This document shows positions 19,694 through 29,809 of a stretch of 64,000 nucleotides of DNA, in pieces (within the stretch, counting starts at the first letter, position 1; each line of letters starts with the position of its first letter). This DNA comes from Candidatus Poribacteria bacterium. GTDB lineage: Bacteria > Poribacteria > WGA-4E > UBA9662. The stretch lies in NCBI GenBank assembly GCA_036339735.1, contig JAYZAL010000088.1:109676-173675 (forward strand), in the 5' to 3' direction. The notes below the pieces were generated by a model, which saw only the letters and a program-made list of their open reading frames with translations, ran no database searches and had not been told where the DNA came from. Both the position numbers and the translations under genes were made by a program.

Positions 19694-20380
19694 TCATTTA
19701 ACATATCGATATCCAATTCCGTGCACAGTCTGGATATGTTTTCCTTCTGAGCCAAGCTTATTACGTAGTCGATTCATATGAGTATCAACTCTTCGATCAC
19801 TGAGTTTAGCTCTTTTACTGGGTATTTGCTGTAGTAACTCTTCCCTGGCAAAAACTCGATTGGGTAACTTAGCTAAACAAAGTAATAGATTAAATTCCGT
19901 CTTGGTTAAATCTACATTATTTCCAGCACAAAATACTCGTCGCTCCGATGAATCAATTTCTAACTGATTCACGACAATCTTCTCTTCGGATACTTTGCTC
20001 AGGTACGCCTTGTTCCGTCGGTGAACCGCCCGACATCTCAGGACAACTTCCCTAATATTGAATGGTTTCTCAATATAGTCATCAACACCTAATTCCAAAG
20101 CAACAATCCTATCTTCCACGTTTGCTTCCTCTGAAATCACAATTACAGGGATATGTTTCGTATTTTGATGACGCGATATAATACGAAGCAGATCTAGACC
20201 ATCGATATCTGATAATTGCAAATCGAGAAGAATAACGTCAGGAATCATCTGGAAGATGCGCTTTACGGCATCAGACCCATCTTCAATATGGTTGACTGTG
20301 AAATTTTCTAATTCAAAAGCTGTTTTTAACTGGGGATAAATATCAATATTATTATCTATTATTAAAATTCTAGGTTTCAT
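19694..20380 (-). CDS. OmpR/PhoB family response regulator (no adjacent kinase)
   Basis: Receiver 'PDVILLDLQL..IDG', 'GVDDYIEKPF'; winged-HTH 'LTKTEFNLL', 'RVDTHMNRLRNKL', 'IQTVHGIGY'. Confidence 0.92.
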   Translation of the reverse strand: MKPRILIIDNNIDIYPQLKTAFELENFTVNHIEDGSDAVKRIFQMIPDVILLDLQLSDIDGLDLLRIISRHQNTKHIPVIVISEEANVEDRIVALELGVDDYIEKPFNIREVVLRCRAVHRRNKAYLSKVSEEKIVVNQLEIDSSERRVFCAGNNVDLTKTEFNLLLCLAKLPNRVFAREELLQQIPSKRAKLSDRRVDTHMNRLRNKLGSEGKHIQTVHGIGYRYVK

Positions 20381-20400
20381 TTATGTTATCTGATTTTATG

Positions 20401-20724
20401 TTAATTTTGGGTTATTAATAAGGCAAAACTAAGACGATAAACGAATCTTGTCTGTCATCTTTTGAACTCGGTTAAATAGAAAATATAAAAGGTATAAAGA
20501 ATTCCATACTCGCAAATACGAGGGCATTAGTTACACTGAAAACAATTTACTCGATATCAGGGAATCATAATTTTTGTTTTAACCAACTTGATATAAGTAA
20601 TAATTATAAGTATCAGTTCACTTAGATCATTGGCATAATTGATTTGTATTAGTTCTAAGCCTTGCGATTCAGCTAATAAAAACAGACGAGTGGAAATCAA
20701 GACTAATTTTTACCGGCAAATTAA
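20401..20724. repeat. Diverged dispersed repeat, copy 2 (homologous to 5521..5854)
   Basis: Same orientation and colinear blocks as copy 1; abuts the response-regulator start codon. Confidence 0.75.
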
Positions 20725-21459
20725 TTATAATTTGTTCTAGTATAAAGATCTGAACGATCCTAATAACCACGGTTTCTGTTATTTGATAATGTTAGGAGGA
20801 AGAAGTTCACAATTTTCTGCTGAAGGATTAGCCAGAGCCGTCTTATTCAGTTTGAATCTCATATACTAGTTCTATACCGGTCCTTTAATTCAATTCTACC
20901 AAACTGAACAATAAACCAAATTTGTACGATTTAACATGAAGAAGAAATCTCACGCTGTCAGGTTCCACCTGCCAGAAAAACAGAATTATACAACCGACAA
21001 AACACCGGACGGTATTGTATAGATATTCGAGTTACACTTTCAAGTAAAAGATAACGGATTTCAAGGTCGCCAGACATTAATAAAATTTTAGTACATTTTT
21101 AATTTTTACTGGTCTCTTTTGGTTTCTAACGGTCAAAAAATTACATGAAGATAAGAATTAGACGAACACTTTGGGTGTAAATTTTTGTCTTCAATCGATT
21201 CATGATCTACAGAGAGAAACGTGCTGAAATCGGCTGGATTTTTTAGCGTCCAGAGGCCTTCTTATTCCACTTAATCTAGAGAAGCATCAACTTTCTTTAC
21301 TAATGTGCAGTTTACATAGGTCTGATTTATATTATTCTCTTTTTTCATTCTTCTTCAGTTGATGGTGTGTTTGTCTAATTCGGTTAGAATTCGTACTAAT
21401 AATTTAGATCCTTTTAATAAGAAATGGTATTTTATTAGAAATTTGTTTGAGGTAATGAC

Positions 21460-23187
21460 TTGAAAAAAATCGTTTTTTTACTCTTTTGGCTTAACTTATT
21501 AGTCAGGGCTAAAGATATTGAAATCAAACTCACAGAGTTCACCGATAGTTTGGATCAACCTTGGAGTTTAACTTTCATTAAAAAAAACAAAGTATTAATA
21601 ACTGAAAAATACGGCCGTATCATTCAAATCGATTTGTCTACAAAAAAGAAAAAAGAGATAGAACATAACCTGAAAGTTCATACACATAATCAAGGTGGAC
21701 TACTAGATATTCTTTATCATAAAGATACAGTTTATATTTCTTATTCTGAAAAAAGAGATGATGTAGAGAACCAAGATAGAGTAGGGTTATCGAGTACGTC
21801 CATTGCCAAAGCCACATTTAACGGCGACTACCTGTTATTCTCAAATATATTTCGTGCTGAGCCACCAATAGAATCAGGATATCATTTTGGATCTAGGTTA
21901 GTTATAAAAGATAATTATTTATACGCAACCATCGGTGAACGAGGCTTAGGAATGATTGCACAAGACGGAAAAAGCCATCCTGGTAGTATAATCAGAATTT
22001 TGTTAGATGGAACTATACCTCAAAATAATCCCAAATTCCTTGATTTAGGGAAAAAGGATTGGCTACCTGAAATTTACATGATTGGAGTAAGAAACCCTCA
22101 AGGCCTTTCCTTATCCCCTTTCGAAAATAAGGTCTATATGAGTAACCATGGAGCTAAGGGGGGAGATTGGTTTGGTTCTGCTGATGAGCCTGGTGGTAAC
22201 TACGGGTGGAAAATACTTGGGTGGGGAGGAACCAACTATGATTCAACAAATATTGGGCCAAAGTGGCTTCCTGGTTTTGTAAAACCATTGATCTACTGGG
22301 CTCCTTCAATTGCTGTTTCCGCAATTGCCATATATGAGGGGAATGAATTTTCCGACTGGAATGGATCTGCGTTAATCACATCTTTAAAAGATCAGTCGTT
22401 GAGAAAACTGTCTTTCAATAATAGTGAGGTACTAAACGAAGAATTAATATTTAAAGGAAAAATTGGAAGGATCAGAGACATTAAGATTCAAAATGATACT
22501 GGTAAAATATATCTACTAAGCGACCAAGGCAGCTTATGGTTACTCGAAAACAAATCTATTCGAATCAAGGGTGACGTTAATGGAGATCAGGTGATTAATA
22601 TCTTTGATTTAGTGATAGTCGCAGATCAGTTTGGTCAAAAGGGATATGATTTGCGAGGAGACATTAATGCTGACGGATCAGTTAATATCTTTGATTTAGT
22701 TTTAGTTGCAAATTACTTCGGTCGAAATACAACCAATGCGGCACCTGCTATAAATTCTGATTTTGTACTGTCAAATGAGCAAAAAAAGCATATTACTACC
22801 GGTATTAGTTATCTAGAAGATAAATTACGTCGCTCAGATGAAGAAGAATTTGCATTAAGTCTTTTGAAATCTATATTACCCAAAAGATTTACCTCACAAA
22901 CTCAGTTGTTGGCTAATTATCCAAACCCATTTAACCCGGAGACTTGGATACCTTTTCGATTAGCTCAGTCTTCTACAGTAACTGCCAGAATTTATGATTC
23001 ATTGGGTAACAAAATCAGAGTAATTGAGCTAGGATACTTACGAGCAGGAAATTACACAGAATCGAACAAGTCAATTTATTGGGATGGAAAAAACAAAAAT
23101 GGAGAACAAGTTTCTTCAGGAGTCTATTTCTACGAAATTAGTACTGAAAATTATACAGAAGTAAGAAAAATGGTGGTATTACAATAG
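21460..23187 (+). CDS. PQQ-dependent aldose sugar dehydrogenase (YliI/GSDH-like) fused to a dockerin-like repeat and a FlgD-Ig/T9SS-like C-terminal domain
   Basis: 'QGGLLD', 'HFGSRL', 'GVRNPQG', 'GRIRD'; 2x 'GD.N.D...NIFDLV.VA..FG'; 'LLANYPNPFNPETWIPF..WDGKN..GE.VSSGVYFY'. Confidence 0.85.
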   Translation: MKKIVFLLFWLNLLVRAKDIEIKLTEFTDSLDQPWSLTFIKKNKVLITEKYGRIIQIDLSTKKKKEIEHNLKVHTHNQGGLLDILYHKDTVYISYSEKRDDVENQDRVGLSSTSIAKATFNGDYLLFSNIFRAEPPIESGYHFGSRLVIKDNYLYATIGERGLGMIAQDGKSHPGSIIRILLDGTIPQNNPKFLDLGKKDWLPEIYMIGVRNPQGLSLSPFENKVYMSNHGAKGGDWFGSADEPGGNYGWKILGWGGTNYDSTNIGPKWLPGFVKPLIYWAPSIAVSAIAIYEGNEFSDWNGSALITSLKDQSLRKLSFNNSEVLNEELIFKGKIGRIRDIKIQNDTGKIYLLSDQGSLWLLENKSIRIKGDVNGDQVINIFDLVIVADQFGQKGYDLRGDINADGSVNIFDLVLVANYFGRNTTNAAPAINSDFVLSNEQKKHITTGISYLEDKLRRSDEEEFALSLLKSILPKRFTSQTQLLANYPNPFNPETWIPFRLAQSSTVTARIYDSLGNKIRVIELGYLRAGNYTESNKSIYWDGKNKNGEQVSSGVYFYEISTENYTEVRKMVVLQ

Positions 23188-23361
23188 TATCTATCACTAA
23201 TATTCAATAGAGTCTCGTTTGTCATCAAGGTGACATAAATTAGAAAACAGATGGACTACGTAATAATTCTGTGACTTTTTACGTTTTCGAATTCAAAACT
23301 GTAATTAATTGAGTTAAAATATTCTACATCAGAAGAATTAGCACTAGCTAGAAGGAGAGAT

Positions 23362-24048
23362 ATGTTTTTCTTCGACCCGTTGTATCTTTTATTCGCATCA
23401 CCCGGTTTATTACTTGCTTTTTGGGCTCAATCGCGTGTCAAAGTTGTATTTGCAGAATATTCTGAGGTTGGCTTGACTAGAAGACAGACAGGCGCTCAAA
23501 TTGCACGAAACATTTTGCAACGTAGCGGGCTCAATCACGTTAACGTCGAACGAACTGATAGTTTCTTAGGAGACCATTATGATCCACAATCTAAAGTTCT
23601 GAGATTAAGTCCAAAAATTTATGATGGATACAGCATAACTGCGGCAGGTGTTGCCGCACACGAAGCTGGCCATGCCCTACAAGACCAACACAATTATGCA
23701 CCATTGCAGCTACGCACCAACATTGTACCTGCAGTTCAAGTTGGTGGTTGGGTAGGACCACTTATGTTAATGGCTGGACTTTTTATCTCACCTATGTTGG
23801 CTTGGGTCGGTGTGCTGTTATTCGGCCTAACTGTGATTTTCTCTCTGGTCACGTTACCCGTAGAGTTCGACGCGAGTAAACGTGCTAGGCAACTCCTCTC
23901 GACAGAAGGAATTATTGTTGGTAATGAAATGGATGGAGTTAATAAAGTACTTAACGCGGCTGCCCTAACATATGTTGCAGCTGCTATTCAAGCCATTGGC
24001 CAGTTAGCATACTATGTGTTTATGCTGATGGGAAATTCTGATGATTAG
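23362..24048 (+). CDS. Membrane zinc metallopeptidase (YugP-like)
   Basis: 'DHYDP..K.LRLS', 'AAHEAGHALQ', 'TLPVEFDAS.RA', 'VL.AAALTYVAA'. Confidence 0.92.
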   Translation: MFFFDPLYLLFASPGLLLAFWAQSRVKVVFAEYSEVGLTRRQTGAQIARNILQRSGLNHVNVERTDSFLGDHYDPQSKVLRLSPKIYDGYSITAAGVAAHEAGHALQDQHNYAPLQLRTNIVPAVQVGGWVGPLMLMAGLFISPMLAWVGVLLFGLTVIFSLVTLPVEFDASKRARQLLSTEGIIVGNEMDGVNKVLNAAALTYVAAAIQAIGQLAYYVFMLMGNSDD

Positions 24049-24114
24049 AAATCGCCGACCTTCTGTCTGTTTTATTTAAACTCTTTAGCCCAATATTGAT
24101 TACTGAGAAAGGAG

Positions 24115-24960
24115 TTGCTAGATAGTATGAAAGTAGGAATTATGACAAATCATTTCGTCCGTCAATCGTTGGATGAAACACTCGACGCCATTATCAGTCA
24201 TGATATTTTTCATGTTCAATTTAATCTTGCGTCTGCTCATATGAAAGGGTCGTTAGATCATGAAATCGACCTTGTGGGCAACCAAGTCTCCCAACAGATT
24301 ACAAAACGAAATATGAGTGTCTCCGCGCTGAGTGGTGAAATTAATATGGTACATCCTGATCTTGCACTCCGTCAGGCTGAAATAACTCATTTACAGAAAC
24401 TTATCTCATCTTGCAAAAATTTTGGAACTTCTATCATCGCGACTTGTACTGGGTCTCGGAGTACCGAAAGCATGTGGAAGTATCACCCTGAAAACGAAAC
24501 GGAAGAGGCATGGCAGGTTTTAATTACCACACTGGAAAAATTACTACCAGTTGCTGAAAAACATGGTGTTATCTTGGCCTTCGAACCAGAAGTAAACAAC
24601 GTTGCTAATACAATCAGTAAGAGCTTGCGTTTAATTGAAGAGATGAAATCTCCCAACCTGAAAATCGTCATGGATGCAGCCAACATATTCGGTAAGGGCG
24701 AACTTCCACAAATGAGCGAAATACTTGACCAAGCCTTCGAGCTACTCGGAGACCATATCGCCCTTGCACACGCCAAAGACCTTGATCGTGATGGGGACGC
24801 TGGTCATCTAGCCGCAGGCACAGGATTACTGGATTATGATCGTTATGTTTCTCTTCTGTGCTCTCTACCTTTCGATGTACCTGTTATACTGCATGGTCTA
24901 AATGAAGATCAAGTAGATGGTTGTGTATCTATGCTCAACAGGCTGGCTAGATCTAATTAG
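24115..24960 (+). CDS. Sugar phosphate isomerase/epimerase (xylose isomerase-like TIM barrel); start may be 24127
   Basis: 'LAFEPE', 'VMDAAN', 'AHAKD', 'GTGLLDY'. Confidence 0.85.
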   Translation: MLDSMKVGIMTNHFVRQSLDETLDAIISHDIFHVQFNLASAHMKGSLDHEIDLVGNQVSQQITKRNMSVSALSGEINMVHPDLALRQAEITHLQKLISSCKNFGTSIIATCTGSRSTESMWKYHPENETEEAWQVLITTLEKLLPVAEKHGVILAFEPEVNNVANTISKSLRLIEEMKSPNLKIVMDAANIFGKGELPQMSEILDQAFELLGDHIALAHAKDLDRDGDAGHLAAGTGLLDYDRYVSLLCSLPFDVPVILHGLNEDQVDGCVSMLNRLARSN

Positions 24961-25490
24961 TCAGCTAAATGTCGGAGAACTAATACCTTTCAATGTTTAT
25001 TTTTCATTTAATCTGGGGTAGATTTTTTAACTCCTGTAATAGGTTAGAATCACATGTAGGTTTTTAACAGTACACCTAAAGCACAATAATCTACCGAAAG
25101 AGAATAGAGCATTCGGATAGATACCAGATCCGTATTTGATTTTTTCTTTTCTCTTACTAGCAGTTAAAGCTGGGTCAGCTGTTTTACTCTCTTTTCTTTT
25201 TGATACCCCAAATTTGAAAAATACATTCTAGGTTGAATTAGATACGAGCATATTTGAGACTCTTGCTTATCATTTTGTTTTCTGATTATACGAACTTCTT
25301 TCTCTACTCTACTCTTCTCTTCTAATTTAAGTGTGATTTTATACGAATATCATCTACCAAATAAAGTGGATCTGATATTGATGCACTGGGGCTAGATAGG
25401 ACTAACTCAGATAGAGCAAATTACGACTAATAACGATAATAAGTATTTGGTTGTACGTAATTTTTATAGCTAAAGAATTTTTATAAAACA

Positions 25491-26816
25491 ATGCTTCGTG
25501 TCTTGATTTTAGTTTCGTTATTAGTCGTAATTTGCTCTTGTGAATCTATGTTTAACGAAATCAATAATTCTGAGCAATTGTGGTCCTCAGAACTTGGATT
25601 GGAACGTGGTAGCTGTATTTCGTGTTTACCATCTGTATCTGAGAAAACATTGGAGAAAAACCAGCTTACCTTTAATATCGACCATATTCTTTGTATCCAC
25701 TTATCAATGGAGTCATCCGATTTTGAGCAAATGAGAGAAGAATCTCGGTTTGGTCCAACGACGGAGAAGTGGGCAACACTCTGGGGTGGTGTTGTTTTGC
25801 AGTCCCTAAAATGTGATGCACCATACCCATCCCAATTCAATTGGTATTCAGGAAACATTTCAATAGATGGATTAAATATCAGTAATGTCGGGATAAGAAA
25901 AAAGGGATTTTTAGGTTCCATATTTTCTGAAGTTCCATCAATAAAGATTGTAACTAATAAATATGTTAAGGGGCAGTATCTAGGAACAACCAAAAATATT
26001 ACTCTCAACAACAATGCCCAAGATACAACAAGGGTAACAACTTGCCTCAATGCTCGGGTCTTTGAACTAGCCGGTTATCCAGCACCTAGATGTAATTTAG
26101 CCAGTGTCACGATAAATGGTCAATCAATGGGTGCCTATTCGCACTTAGAAACTATTGATCGTGATTTTTTGATTCGACAATTTGGTAACGATAATGGCCA
26201 CTTATATGAAGGTCAGCTCGTCGATTTTTGGAAAAATTGCTTGCCTAGGTGGGAACCTAAGACTAAGCAGACCAATTCATTTGGCCAACCATTGCTTGCA
26301 ATGATCAAAATTTTAGACCAAGTAACAGACGAGCTGTTGGTTGAAAAACTTAGTCAACACTTGAATATTAAACGTTTTATTACTTTTTGGGCGCTAGAGA
26401 TAATCTTAGGGCATAATGACGGTTATACTAGCAACCAAAATAATTTTTTCATCTATTTGGATCCGAATGATAATGGGCGTATCACCTTCATACCTTGGGG
26501 GTTTGAAAATGGTAGTAATTATGAATCTGAGTGGTCAGTGAAGACTTATTTCCAGTCCCGGCTTCCGAATAGACTCTCGCAAATCCCAGAAGTTATTATC
26601 CAACTAGAAAATGAGATGAATCTGTTATTGAAACAAGCTTGGAATGAGGCATACTTAGTCTCCCTTATAGACGATTTATCCATACAAGTTAAGAGTACAG
26701 AATCCAGTGTCCATCATTTGTATTACTTCAATAAGCTCAAGGCCTGGATTCCAAAGCGTCGGGCTGAAGTTGAAATATTGATACAAAAGGGATTACCTAG
26801 ACAGATCAAAAAATAA
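25491..26816 (+). CDS. CotH kinase family protein, probable lipoprotein
   Basis: 'VGIRKKGFLGS', 'ITLNN..QD', 'PAPRC', 'GHLYEG', 'DGY..N.NNFFIY', 'FIPWG'; signal peptide with Cys (VICSC). Confidence 0.8.
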   Translation: MLRVLILVSLLVVICSCESMFNEINNSEQLWSSELGLERGSCISCLPSVSEKTLEKNQLTFNIDHILCIHLSMESSDFEQMREESRFGPTTEKWATLWGGVVLQSLKCDAPYPSQFNWYSGNISIDGLNISNVGIRKKGFLGSIFSEVPSIKIVTNKYVKGQYLGTTKNITLNNNAQDTTRVTTCLNARVFELAGYPAPRCNLASVTINGQSMGAYSHLETIDRDFLIRQFGNDNGHLYEGQLVDFWKNCLPRWEPKTKQTNSFGQPLLAMIKILDQVTDELLVEKLSQHLNIKRFITFWALEIILGHNDGYTSNQNNFFIYLDPNDNGRITFIPWGFENGSNYESEWSVKTYFQSRLPNRLSQIPEVIIQLENEMNLLLKQAWNEAYLVSLIDDLSIQVKSTESSVHHLYYFNKLKAWIPKRRAEVEILIQKGLPRQIKK

Positions 26817-26827
26817 ATAATAACCAA

Positions 26828-27532
26828 ATGAGGTGTGTTCTTTTACTTACTTTAGTGTTAGTTTGTTCACCAAATTGGGCACAAATTAAAACCTCAGACA
26901 TAGATCGAAGTTTTGGACTTTGGTTGTCAACTCAGGCCAACTACAAATTTAATAAAAAATGGACTTTCAGTATTGAGGAACAATACCGATTAAAAGACAG
27001 TCTGACATCCTTTGATCGTCTACTAATAGAAATAGACGTTAATTATAATTTACTAAAGCAATTTGAACTAGGATTTGGATCACGGTACCTTTGGCTAAAT
27101 GACGATATTGGAGCCCAAAAAGGATTTGAGCACCACGTTCGCTTTCATTTATACATCAGTCACAAAACTAGAATAGGAAGGTTATCTCTCAGAAATCGGT
27201 TTAAGTATCAGCAGCAAAACGAGATAGGGAAATCGCGTTTGCATGGAGATTATACCAGTCGAAATTACCGTTGGAAAAGCTTAATTAAATATGAGATTAG
27301 GAACTGGAGGCTAGATCCGGAAATAGCTACCGAATTCTTTTATCATTCCCAATTGGGTCAATTAAGTGGTTTGTTAGGGTTGAAATATCGATTGATGTTG
27401 GGAACTCGATATCAAATTAGCAAAAATCGGCAGGTGAAATTCAGACTCATAACGGAAAAAGAATTACAAATATTTAATCCTCAACGCAATAATTTTATAG
27501 AAGTTAAATACAGTTTTTCTTTTAAAAAATAG
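26828..27532 (+). CDS. DUF2490-like outer-membrane beta-barrel protein
   Basis: Signal peptide, 'GLW......Y.....W....E.QYR', alternating beta strands, C-terminal 'YSFSF'. Confidence 0.75.
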   Translation: MRCVLLLTLVLVCSPNWAQIKTSDIDRSFGLWLSTQANYKFNKKWTFSIEEQYRLKDSLTSFDRLLIEIDVNYNLLKQFELGFGSRYLWLNDDIGAQKGFEHHVRFHLYISHKTRIGRLSLRNRFKYQQQNEIGKSRLHGDYTSRNYRWKSLIKYEIRNWRLDPEIATEFFYHSQLGQLSGLLGLKYRLMLGTRYQISKNRQVKFRLITEKELQIFNPQRNNFIEVKYSFSFKK

Positions 27533-27577
27533 ATACTTATAAAGTGAGTCGTAGAGACTCAGGTTTCTAAGGTTAAA

Positions 27578-28102
27578 ATGACAATTCAATTTTTTTCACT
27601 TGTGTTTTTATTGCTTTTACCATCACTTGGTTTTTCGAATCAAGGGACGGAACCTTCTCTCATGAAAGGAACTTTCTCTCGACAAATCGGTTATGGCATG
27701 TTGAATGGGAGTATTTTAGGCAATACTACTCTACTTTTTGGAAGTGCATTAAGTTTTGAAGCGGCTGAAAAATTACCGTTTTGGGTGGGGGCTACACTTG
27801 GGGCTTCAACAGCCCTTAGCTGGTACATAATCAGCACTGAAGGTTGTTGTAAGGGTATTTTCAAAGCATATCGTGATGCAGGAAACGATCCGAATTACCA
27901 AGGGTCTAGGTGGTTGACTCGCTTGGTTGTGGTCTTGAGTAAACCTTTAATGTGTGCCGGAATTGTTGTAGGTCTGAGTGGAGAAATAATAGGACGGGAA
28001 GGATTAAGCCCAAAGATTGGAATTCCAGTCGCCTTAGTTTCTTTGAGTATTCCTTCAGTCGTTGGTAGTTTGACGTACAATTTGACACGCAAATACCGGT
28101 AG
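27578..28102 (+). CDS. Hypothetical membrane protein
   Basis: Signal-like N-terminus and several Gly/Ala-rich hydrophobic segments; co-oriented with the two upstream genes. Confidence 0.6.
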   Translation: MTIQFFSLVFLLLLPSLGFSNQGTEPSLMKGTFSRQIGYGMLNGSILGNTTLLFGSALSFEAAEKLPFWVGATLGASTALSWYIISTEGCCKGIFKAYRDAGNDPNYQGSRWLTRLVVVLSKPLMCAGIVVGLSGEIIGREGLSPKIGIPVALVSLSIPSVVGSLTYNLTRKYR

Positions 28103-28657
28103 TTTACAAATAATACGAATCACAAAAAAAGAATTTAACAAATGTATAAACCAACTGAATTTCTGCTCTGTTTCAATCAGTATTACCTCGATTTGGTTTT
28201 TTGGCAAAAAACAAATTCTTTTTGTTGACATCGACTGTATAAACCATCCCGTCGCAGATAGACTAAAATCGATATCTATCTCCTATAACCGTATTCGTTT
28301 TCTGAGTTAAACTACCTGTTGTTATTGCTTCATCTTTCTTATTACTTAGTCTAACTGAAATTGGAGTATCTTAAGTCAAATTCGCGTTTGTATTAAGTCT
28401 ATCGAATTATTTCTAATCAATTATCTATTTAGTATAAGTAATCAAAATAGTCATTAAGATTGCAACAAGTCCAACGGTCTGTATTCATTTTTAATGTTTT
28501 TACTTTTAAAAGTGAGGAAAACTATTTGGTTCTCATTAGCAATGAGAATAACAGAACACAGTAAAAATTGATTCCGACTACGATACTATCCATTCAGAAT
28601 GAAAATCCTATTTTGAAGAGTTAGTAACTGAAAATCGACATTAAAAGGGAGACTATA

Positions 28658-29575
28658 ATGAAAATTGAGATTGGTGTTAAAAGCGACCCAATACAGTATC
28701 GATACACATACGAATGGCTTTTTGATCTGATGAGGGAACAAAAAGTTCGCTATTTACAACTGGGTAGTTTTTTTGAACTTTATATGTTAGACGACTCCTT
28801 TTTTAAAGACTTGCGTAACTTAGCTGAAAAAAAAGATATTGAAATTAGAAGTTGTTTTACTGCGCATCGAGAATTAGGAGGTTTTTTCTCTCAAGATCGG
28901 CGCTTAGAAAGAGTCGCGAGGAAATGCTACGAAAGGTTTATCGAAGTCGCAGCCCTAGTTGGCGCAGACTTTGTGGGTTCCAATCCTGGTTCAATATGTA
29001 GAGACTTGATGAAAACGAAAGAGATGGGAATCGCTAATTATCTTGATAACATGAAAGGGTTAATGGAATATGCTTTTTTAAAAGGAATTAAAGGGTTGAC
29101 AATTGAGCCAATGTCCTGTTTGGCTGAGCCTCCAACCTTACCGGAAGAAATAGATCATATGATGAACAACTTGAACGATTATTATCAAGAAGAACAGTAT
29201 AAAAGAGTTCCAGTTTATCTTTGTGGTGATATTTCACATGGTTATGCAGATCAGGATGGAAACGTAATTCATAGACATGATGAATTATTCGAACATCAAA
29301 TACCTTATATGTGTGAGTTTCATATCAAAAATACGGACTCAATATATCAAAATACTTTTGGTTTTTCCGTGGAGGAACAGAAAGCTGGAATTATCCATTT
29401 GACAGATCTTAAAAAGCAAATTCTGAGTAATTCCAAACTTTGGCCGGTTAGTAATCCTATAGGCTATCTCGAGATAAGTGGACCTAAAAAAGGAAGGGAT
29501 TATAGTGACAAAAAATTAAGTAATAACTTAAGCCGATCATTAGAAGCGATTACTGAAGTTTTTGCTTCTGATTAA
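28658..29575 (+). CDS. Xylose isomerase-like TIM barrel protein
   Basis: 'LTIEPMS', 'CGDISHG', 'EFHIKNTD', 'YLEI'; GGGAG RBS. Confidence 0.75.
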   Translation: MKIEIGVKSDPIQYRYTYEWLFDLMREQKVRYLQLGSFFELYMLDDSFFKDLRNLAEKKDIEIRSCFTAHRELGGFFSQDRRLERVARKCYERFIEVAALVGADFVGSNPGSICRDLMKTKEMGIANYLDNMKGLMEYAFLKGIKGLTIEPMSCLAEPPTLPEEIDHMMNNLNDYYQEEQYKRVPVYLCGDISHGYADQDGNVIHRHDELFEHQIPYMCEFHIKNTDSIYQNTFGFSVEEQKAGIIHLTDLKKQILSNSKLWPVSNPIGYLEISGPKKGRDYSDKKLSNNLSRSLEAITEVFASD

Positions 29576-29809
29576 AAAATGGATTTTAAAGAAATATATA
29601 ACGATTGAGACCTGATTGCATACTGAATTACTAAGAGATGAATCAGTCAGTAAATTTGAAAAATGTAGGAAAGAGACTTAGGTCATTATTACGAAATTTT
29701 CTTGTTGAGTCCAATAAAATTGCTTGTTAGTGGATAAGATCATTCTAACTCAACTGTTAATTTACGATGGTTCTGATCTGTACCTATGTAGTTGATAGTA
29801 AAAAACGAC

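Noticed and set aside
17961-20380. Prophage/ICE interpretation of sigma + ssb + response regulator
   Set aside because: No integrase, att repeats, or structural, replication or conjugation genes nearby.
25481-26050. 189-aa minus-strand ORF and the many other 60-105 aa ORFs overlapping larger genes
   Set aside because: Antisense or alternate-frame shadows of well-supported CDS, with no recognisable motifs.
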